Below the pieces are notes generated by a model. The model searched no databases and had not been told where the DNA came from. It saw only the letters and a program-made list of their open reading frames with translations. From an uncultured cyanobacterium (GTDB lineage Bacteria > Cyanobacteriota > Cyanobacteriia > Cyanobacteriales > Microcystaceae), in NCBI GenBank assembly GCA_963807635.1, contig CAWEDJ010000023.1, forward strand, positions 1 to 13,207: 13,207 bases of DNA, read 5' to 3'. Within the stretch, counting starts at the first letter, position 1, and every line of letters begins with the position of its first letter. Below, in pieces: positions 7,062 to 13,207 of the stretch. The position numbers and the translations under genes are program-made.

Positions 7062-7319
7062 ATGCCAAGCTCCTTAATGTACCAAGAAGAAATGTTTGTA
7101 ATTCTGGAAACCGATCAAGAAGAACAGTTTTTAACCCCAGAAGAATTATTAGATAAATTAAAAATTGTTTTGCAAAATTATCCCGAAGAATTGCCCAGGG
7201 AACTACAAAAGTTTTCTAACTTAGAAGAAAAAGCAACCTATCTACGGGATAATTTTTGTGAATTGGATATTGGAGAAAATGGCTATTTGCAATGGTATGT
7301 CGTGAGACTCGAAAAATAG
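7062..7319 (+). CDS. crr7: Chlororespiratory reduction protein 7 (NDH-1 assembly factor homologue)
   Basis: 85 aa: MYQEE.FV.LE..QEEQFLT.EEL..KL, LP..LQKF and CELD.G..GYLQWYVVRLEK, characteristic of CRR7. Confidence 0.9.
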   Translation: MPSSLMYQEEMFVILETDQEEQFLTPEELLDKLKIVLQNYPEELPRELQKFSNLEEKATYLRDNFCELDIGENGYLQWYVVRLEK

Positions 7320-7349
7320 GCTTGACGGTATAGAAAATCAAGAAAAATT

Positions 7350-9113
7350 CTAATCTATAATTTTATCCGCTAATAACCATTCACCCCCTAAGTTAGAACG
7401 CCCTAAAACCGAAATCAACTGTTCATTTTCCAGTTTTAATAATTGTTCATTCACCTCTGGCCGTTCCGTGATTAATTGCCAAATTTTTGTGTTCTCCTCA
7501 TCGGTATTTTTTTCAGTAAAACGATAATTCTGTTCGCCGATTTTTTCAAAAATTCCTGTGAATAATTGAGTATATTTAGGTTGATAATCCATTGTCGGAC
7601 AGGGACAATTTCCATCCAAAGGATAATCTTCTGGATTGTCTAGATAATGCCGTTGCCAACTTAACCAATCGGGATGATCGGGCGGTAAATTGTAACAGGG
7701 AATCACCGCAGAAGGAGCCAATTTATCGGTTAATAATGCTTCTTGCAACTGTCGAACAGGGAGATCCTGAGGTTGACAATCTAGCTCAATACAGAGGGCG
7801 GCGGCCATTCCTGCGGCTTGCCCCAAATTCATGACAACGGGCTGTAAACGGGTACTGCCATTGGCGATATGAGAAACAGAAATATTTTTTTCACAGACCA
7901 GGAATCCTGCTAAATTTTCAGGGACGATCGCCTGATAGGGAATGGTAAAAGGAGTTCCCGTCCAACGACCTCCCCAGCGCAGGGATTTGGGTAACAAGGG
8001 AAATTCAATGCCTGGATAGTGATGATCGTTGGCATAATCCCCGATCGCGATCGCACTTACTTGATTATCAAACAAAGGTAAAGCGGCGACTAATCCACCT
8101 GATTGGGGTAAAAGATCCTGCTCAGTAATGGTAACTTTTCCCTTTAAACGTCGGCTTTCTCGGTAATAGGGATGGAGCGCGAAAGCGGAATGATAGTTCG
8201 GATTTTGTTGAGGGAAAATATTTTCCGCTAACCCAATATTTTTACCCGATTCTTGTTGGAGAAAATAGCCAAAATTATAACTATGCTCATAGGCTTCTGC
8301 TAAAAAAGCTTGTTTTTCTGAAGGGGAACCAATCAAACGATTCAAATTTACCCCATAGTCATTTCCCGCGATCGGCCAATTGATCATAAGGCGATCGCCT
8401 GGTAAACGCCCATAGTTGAGAAACATCTCGACCCCATAATTTTTCCAAGCATCCTGAAAACAAGTGGGATCATAACTCGGTAAAAGACTTAACGGAGGCG
8501 CGGGATCTTTCCCGTAATCCTGGGCAATAAAAACCCAAGTAGGCGATTGTACGGGATATTGTTCAGTCAATTCATTACTGCTCACGGGCGCACTCAATTC
8601 CCCAAATTCTTCTCGCCATTCCCAACCCCAACGATGGGGAATTTCTGCTAATGCTAATAAATCGCCTAATTCCGTCCCATCTAGGGTAATTTTGGCATTA
8701 ACTTGGTAATCTTGAAACTTCGCGCCTAAAATCCGATTCTCTTGACGAATCACTTCTACAGGCGTTTGCCCCGCGATCCAAGTTAAATTCGGCAATTCTT
8801 TAACCCAATCAGCAAAAATCTCTGCCCCCACGCGAGGATCGTAGGTAAACAAACTGACCCAACTATGATCCAGTCCTCCTGGTTGTTTTTGCTGTAATTC
8901 CCCCAGAAATGCCCCCCAAAATCCTGTCTGCCACGCGGCCAACTCATTGCCATCAGGAGCCGCAACCCCCGCCACTGTTAGCATCCCCCCCAACCAATCA
9001 AATTCACTTACTAAGATTGTCGAAACTCCCCGACGAGCAGCTTGAATCGCGGCGGCAGTTCCCCCAGTTCCACCTCCTACAATCAGCAGATCGGTTGTTA
9101 GTTGAGTTGTCAT
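7350..9113 (-). CDS. FAD-dependent oxidoreductase
   Basis: 587 aa with Rossmann motif LIVGGGTGG.AAAIQAARRG, WLGGMLT, LDGTELGDL, YRESRRL, SVSHIANGSTRLQP and GQAAG.AAAL. Substrate unknown. Confidence 0.9.
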   Translation of the reverse strand: MTTQLTTDLLIVGGGTGGTAAAIQAARRGVSTILVSEFDWLGGMLTVAGVAAPDGNELAAWQTGFWGAFLGELQQKQPGGLDHSWVSLFTYDPRVGAEIFADWVKELPNLTWIAGQTPVEVIRQENRILGAKFQDYQVNAKITLDGTELGDLLALAEIPHRWGWEWREEFGELSAPVSSNELTEQYPVQSPTWVFIAQDYGKDPAPPLSLLPSYDPTCFQDAWKNYGVEMFLNYGRLPGDRLMINWPIAGNDYGVNLNRLIGSPSEKQAFLAEAYEHSYNFGYFLQQESGKNIGLAENIFPQQNPNYHSAFALHPYYRESRRLKGKVTITEQDLLPQSGGLVAALPLFDNQVSAIAIGDYANDHHYPGIEFPLLPKSLRWGGRWTGTPFTIPYQAIVPENLAGFLVCEKNISVSHIANGSTRLQPVVMNLGQAAGMAAALCIELDCQPQDLPVRQLQEALLTDKLAPSAVIPCYNLPPDHPDWLSWQRHYLDNPEDYPLDGNCPCPTMDYQPKYTQLFTGIFEKIGEQNYRFTEKNTDEENTKIWQLITERPEVNEQLLKLENEQLISVLGRSNLGGEWLLADKIID

Positions 9114-9185
9114 GAATTGTCCTGGATTTTCTTAAAAACTAAAGAGTGATTTTAACCGTTTTCGCGCCCCAATAACGATATTGCT

Positions 9186-9234
9186 ATCATCCTCTTTTGG
9201 GGTTAATCATCCTCTTTTGGGGTTAACCATCCTC
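9186..9234. repeat. 20-bp tandem repeat ATCATCCTCTTTTGGGGTTA, two perfect copies plus a partial third
   Basis: 9186-9205 and 9206-9225 are identical; 9226-9234 (ACCATCCTC) is a partial copy. Confidence 0.92.
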
Positions 9235-9388
9235 CTGTGAGAGCTAATTCTCTCCCAAAATTGCCTTGTAACCCTTGGGTTTAATCAAAAAGATTGTATC
9301 AACTTGATTTTGAACGGGCGACCCCCTACCAAGTTATAGTGGTATACAGTGACTATATTCAGAAGAGCAACTCACCGCTCGATCCGCT

Positions 9389-10327
9389 ATGGCAACCATT
9401 GACATTCTGGGCGTTACCCATAACTATGAGCTGACTCCTAGCGTCTCTTGTTCATCGGCTCCTACTTTGATTTTTATTCACGGTTGGCTACTCAGTCGCA
9501 ACTACTGGCAACCCCTCACTGAACGCCTCTCTGCCGACTACCAATGCCTCACCTACGATCTTCGAGGATTTGGTGAATCCCAACCGATTAGTAGTTTGAA
9601 CTCGACCAATTATTCCTTGAGATTCAATGAAGATGCTCAATATCCCATCAAAGAAAAGCATGAGCCTTCTCCCTACAGTTTGGCTGCTTACGCGCAGGAT
9701 CTGATTATTTTATTAGAAAAATTAAATATTACTCATGCCTGGCTCGTCGGTCATTCCCTGGGCGGGAGTATTGCGCTTTGGGGCGCAGATTGCTGTCCTG
9801 AACGGGTTAAGGGGGTTATTTGTCTTAATTCGGGAGGGGGTATTTATTTAAAAGAAGAATTTACTCGATTTCGGATATTTGGCAAGCAATTAGTCCAGTT
9901 ACGTCCCCCCTGGTTGCCCTGTTTGCCAGGAATGGCTCGATTATTTTCGAGGGCAATGGTGCATAAACCCCTGGAGCGAAAATGGGGAAAACAGCGTGTG
10001 ATCGATTTTGTGCAAGCTGATACGGAAGCCGCTCTAGGAGCTTTACTAGATTCCACTACCGAGGCGGAGGTTCATCTGTTACCCCAAATTGTTTCTCGCC
10101 TCAAAGAGCCTGTATATTTTCTCGCAGGTGAGCAAGATAGGATCATGGAATTAAAGTATGTGCGCCATTTAGCGAGTTTTCATTGGCTTTTTCATCTCCA
10201 AGGTGGAAATATTATCGAAATTTCTGATTGTGGTCATTTATCGATGCTAGAACAAACCGAAAATGTCACCGCCGCGATCGCAGAAATCTTAAAAAAAGAA
10301 AGCGCTAGGCATTGTGTTAGTGCATAA
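9389..10327 (+). CDS. Alpha/beta fold hydrolase
   Basis: 312 aa: FIHGW oxyanion motif, YDLRGFG, nucleophile elbow GHSLGG, acid GEQD and catalytic His in CGHLSM. Confidence 0.92.
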   Translation: MATIDILGVTHNYELTPSVSCSSAPTLIFIHGWLLSRNYWQPLTERLSADYQCLTYDLRGFGESQPISSLNSTNYSLRFNEDAQYPIKEKHEPSPYSLAAYAQDLIILLEKLNITHAWLVGHSLGGSIALWGADCCPERVKGVICLNSGGGIYLKEEFTRFRIFGKQLVQLRPPWLPCLPGMARLFSRAMVHKPLERKWGKQRVIDFVQADTEAALGALLDSTTEAEVHLLPQIVSRLKEPVYFLAGEQDRIMELKYVRHLASFHWLFHLQGGNIIEISDCGHLSMLEQTENVTAAIAEILKKESARHCVSA

Positions 10328-10349
10328 AAATTAAAGAGTCTTGAGTAAT

Positions 10350-10368
10350 TGGTATACTGTATACAGTA
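10350..10368. promoter_or_regulatory. Palindromic operator-like site overlapping a putative extended -10
   Basis: TGGTATACTGTATACAGTA contains the perfect 14-bp palindrome TACTGTATACAGTA (10355-10368), GTATAC-N-GTATAC (10352-10364) and TGn-TATACT (10350-10358). Confidence 0.55.
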
Positions 10369-10446
10369 CAACAAAAACCCTCGGCTAAAACCGCTATAAA
10401 TAGGGGGTTAAGCGTCATAAATAATGTTCCTGTCAAGAATAAAACC

Positions 10447-11691
10447 ATGTTAAAAACCCTCAATTTAGATTTAGCCATTGACCAAGCTCGTTTGAGCAAA
10501 ACCCTAGATCAATTAGCTCAAGTGGGCAAATTAACCGAAGGGGGGGTACGCAGAATTGCCTTTTCTCCTGAAGACGTTGCCGCCCGTGAGTTAGTCCGTC
10601 AATGGATGTTGGATTTAGGCATGATGGTTGAAATCGATGCCGCAGGGAATTTGATTGGGGTTTATGCGGGCAAAAACTCAGAAATTCCGGCCCTAGCAAC
10701 GGGTTCCCACATTGATACCGTGCCTTCTGGCGGTCGCTACGATGGAGCCTTGGGAGTGATCGCGGGCTTGGAAATGATTCGCACTTTGGATGATCACAAT
10801 ATTCGTCTCAACCATGACATCAAAGTGATTGTTTTTGCGGATGAAGAAGGAACCATGATCGGCTCAAAAGCCATTTCAGGCACGGCTTCCCTGAAAGCAT
10901 CGGACTATCGACGTAGTGACGGTCAATCTATTCAGGAGTGTTTAGCCAATATTGGTGGAAATTGGGACAAATTAGCAACAGCAAGACAAACTAGCCAAAA
11001 TATTGCCGCCTATGTGGAATTACACGTTGAACAGGGAGGTGTCCTAGAGGCGATCGGTCGAGAAATTGGAGTTGTTGAAGGAGTCGTGGGGCAACAGCGT
11101 CACCTCATTAAAGTCACTGGGGTTCCCAACCATGCAGGAACAACCCCGATGTCCATGCGCCGAGATGCTTTAGTGGCGGCTTCTTCTTTGGTATTAGCCG
11201 TTGAAGATATGGCGAAACATTATCCAGGTGATCCCGTTGCCACCGTTGGAGCGTTTCAGGTTTGGCCCAATGCGGCCAATATTGTGCCTGGTTATGTGGA
11301 AATGACCGTTGATATCCGCGATCTTTCCCAAACGACTATTGATCATCTCGTCGCCCAATTACGCCGAAAAATTGAAACGATCGCCGTCAGTACCCGCACT
11401 CGCATCACCATTGAACGAATGTTATCGGTACAACCCACTCCCGCAACCCCCAAGATTCAAGATGCGATCGTTGAAGTCTGTCAACAATTAGAATTAAGTG
11501 ATAGCCATCTCCCCAGTCGTGCCAGCCACGATGCCCAGGAAATCGGACGATTTACCGATATGGGGATGATTTTTGTGCCTTCTAAGGAAGGAATTAGTCA
11601 TTCGGAGCAAGAATACACCACGCCCGAACAATGCGCCCAGGGAGCCAATGTGTTGCTAAAAACCTTTTTGAAGTTGGATTCGTTGTACTAA
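10447..11691 (+). CDS. M20-family Zn-dependent amidohydrolase (allantoate amidohydrolase / N-carbamoyl-L-amino acid hydrolase type)
   Basis: 414 aa with metal-ligand and family motifs GSHIDTV, GRYDGALGV, DEEG, ELHVEQG, NHAGTTPM, SHDA and GISHS. Confidence 0.92.
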   Translation: MLKTLNLDLAIDQARLSKTLDQLAQVGKLTEGGVRRIAFSPEDVAARELVRQWMLDLGMMVEIDAAGNLIGVYAGKNSEIPALATGSHIDTVPSGGRYDGALGVIAGLEMIRTLDDHNIRLNHDIKVIVFADEEGTMIGSKAISGTASLKASDYRRSDGQSIQECLANIGGNWDKLATARQTSQNIAAYVELHVEQGGVLEAIGREIGVVEGVVGQQRHLIKVTGVPNHAGTTPMSMRRDALVAASSLVLAVEDMAKHYPGDPVATVGAFQVWPNAANIVPGYVEMTVDIRDLSQTTIDHLVAQLRRKIETIAVSTRTRITIERMLSVQPTPATPKIQDAIVEVCQQLELSDSHLPSRASHDAQEIGRFTDMGMIFVPSKEGISHSEQEYTTPEQCAQGANVLLKTFLKLDSLY

Positions 11692-11730
11692 TCTTTTGTC
11701 AAGATTATTTTTCCCGCAAAAAATCCCTAC

Positions 11731-13207
11731 CTGTAAATAATTAGTTGATGATTAGGTAAAATGAAGAGAAAGCAAAAAAACAGATTGTCTTAAAAAAAGG
11801 AGTAAAAAGGATGAAAGTGACGGTAGAATTCGTGATTCGTAACGAAATGGGAAATATTCTCAGCCAAAACAGCCCATTTGCAATGGAAATAGGAACCCAA
11901 AGCTTACATGACATAGAAGGAGGTGTAGAACAGATGAAACAGAAAGTATTGCCTGAAATAGAGGCAGCATTACTGGCGCAGGCACAAAACGAGTTCACGG
12001 AAAAAGTAAAAAAAACTAAACTTGTGGTGTAATGGTACGAGAAAAATCTGTATAAAAACATTACACGGTCAGTTTGAGTTTTACTTACAAAAGTATCAAA
12101 CGAATAAAAAAGAAGTTAACTATTTTCAGTTATCGGAGCAATTGCAGGAAAGATTTGTGAGTCAGAGATTAGAGGAATTATGCGGTTATTACGCCAATCG
12201 GCTCAGTTATGAGAATTTGGCTGGATTAGTGGAGCGAGTAACAGGAGAAAACTTATTGAGTGACCAGACCATTTGGGGAATAGTGAAAGGGAAAGCCGAA
12301 ACCTATAGCCAGCAAATCCGACAAACTGTACAAGAATCATTAGAATAGACCACATCTGAGCAGATTCAGATAAAGAAAAGCGTAGAGATTTATAACGTAG
12401 AGGAGTCAGAAATTCTCCTATTTGACGATGGTATTCAAGTCAAAGAACAAAAGCCTGAGCGTAATTCGCGTAATGAATCTACTGCCCATACTCCAAGTCC
12501 AGATACCACCAAGAATAAGACTCCCGCCGTCATTACCGATGTAGTAATGTTGCAAACACCCAAAGGGGGATTTGAATATCTCGTTTCTCCTTTTGATACT
12601 GAGGTAGAAGAACCGATAAGTCTTGCGACAGTCGTTAGAGCGAGAATTCTCGACCTCTATCAAAAGGAATCAAAACCGTTGAATATTGTTGCTATCACCG
12701 ATGGGGCAAAAGTCATTCGCCATCGCCTCTTGGCTATCTTTGGTGTTTTACCTGTTGTGATTTTAGACTGGTATCACCTATGCAAAAAAGTGCGAAATCT
12801 GATGTCTATGATTGCTTTCAACAAAGAAGAAAAATCCAATCATGTCAAGTTTTTACTCTCACAATTATGGCATGGTCAGACTGAATATTGCCCTCAACTA
12901 CTTAAAACATCAGGTTGTTGCTCGCAATAACAAGGTCTTGTTGGAACTTATTGGTTATTTGGAGAAACATCACTCAGAAATCATCAACTACGAAGGTCGG
13001 CGAAAAGTCGGTAAAAGTATTGGTAGTGGTCGCATTGAAAAAGGCGTAGATTTGGTCGTTGGTCATCGTCAGAAAAAAAAGGGTGTAAGTTGGAGCATGA
13101 ATGGTAGCAAGGCTTTAAGCTTTCTCAAGGTAGCTGAACTTAATCATTGCTGGACTTCTCTTTGGTTTCCTGCTCAATCTTGTTAATCATCAACTAATTA
13201 TTTACAG
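11731..13207 (+). mobile_element. IS element of ISKra4/ISLre2-like type (~1.48 kb) with perfect 24-bp terminal inverted repeats
   Basis: IRL CTGTAAATAATTAGTTGATGATTA (11731-11754) and IRR TAATCATCAACTAATTATTTACAG (13184-13207) enclose the transposase fragments. The outer boundary and target duplication cannot be checked because the window ends here. Confidence 0.88.
11811..13186 (+). pseudogene. Disrupted DDE transposase (ISKra4/ISLre2-like)
   Basis: Motifs LLFDDGI, ITDGA, ILDWYH and IGSGRIEKGVDLVVGHRQKKKGVSWS. Breaks: frame change at an A8 run (12008-12015), in-frame TAG (12346-12348) and a +1 frameshift at ~12884-12886 (LWHGQT / IALNYL). Confidence 0.85.

Noticed and set aside
9186..9234. 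Possible mini-CRISPR array
   Set aside because: The repeats are directly adjacent with no spacers, and no cas genes are present.
10345..10369. NtcA box or E. coli-type LexA box upstream of the amidohydrolase
   Set aside because: No GTA-N8-TAC spacing (the nearby spacings are N7 and N5), and CTGT/ACAG are separated by 2 nt rather than 8.
10317..10499. 60-aa minus-strand ORF across the hydrolase/amidohydrolase intergenic region
   Set aside because: Overlaps both flanking genes antisense and covers the promoter/operator; probably chance.
11689..11730. Hairpins after the amidohydrolase stop (TAATCTT-N5-AAGATTA)
   Set aside because: AT-rich, weak stem; not supportable as an intrinsic terminator.

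Overview
Cyanobacterial DNA, judged from recurrent HIP1 octamers (GCGATCGC) and a CRR7 gene. The left ~7 kb is an AT-rich accessory/defence region, all on the minus strand. It holds a Uma2 endonuclease, a frameshifted IS701-family element, a parDE-type toxin-antitoxin pair bracketed by ~58-bp HIP1-containing direct repeats, and a tightly coupled run of [small antitoxin-like gene] > 702-aa GNAT-PIN-like-GNAT-like-ASCH/PUA fusion > stand-alone ASCH protein > intact Mrr endonuclease. That run is the best candidate for an uncharacterised system: a possible base-acylation writer/reader coupled to a modification-dependent nuclease. The right half looks like core genome (crr7, FAD-dependent oxidoreductase, alpha/beta hydrolase, M20 amidohydrolase with a palindromic operator-like site). 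It ends in a decayed ISKra4/ISLre2-like IS with perfect 24-bp terminal inverted repeats, whose right end coincides with the window end. All family calls come from motif recognition by eye; no searches were run.
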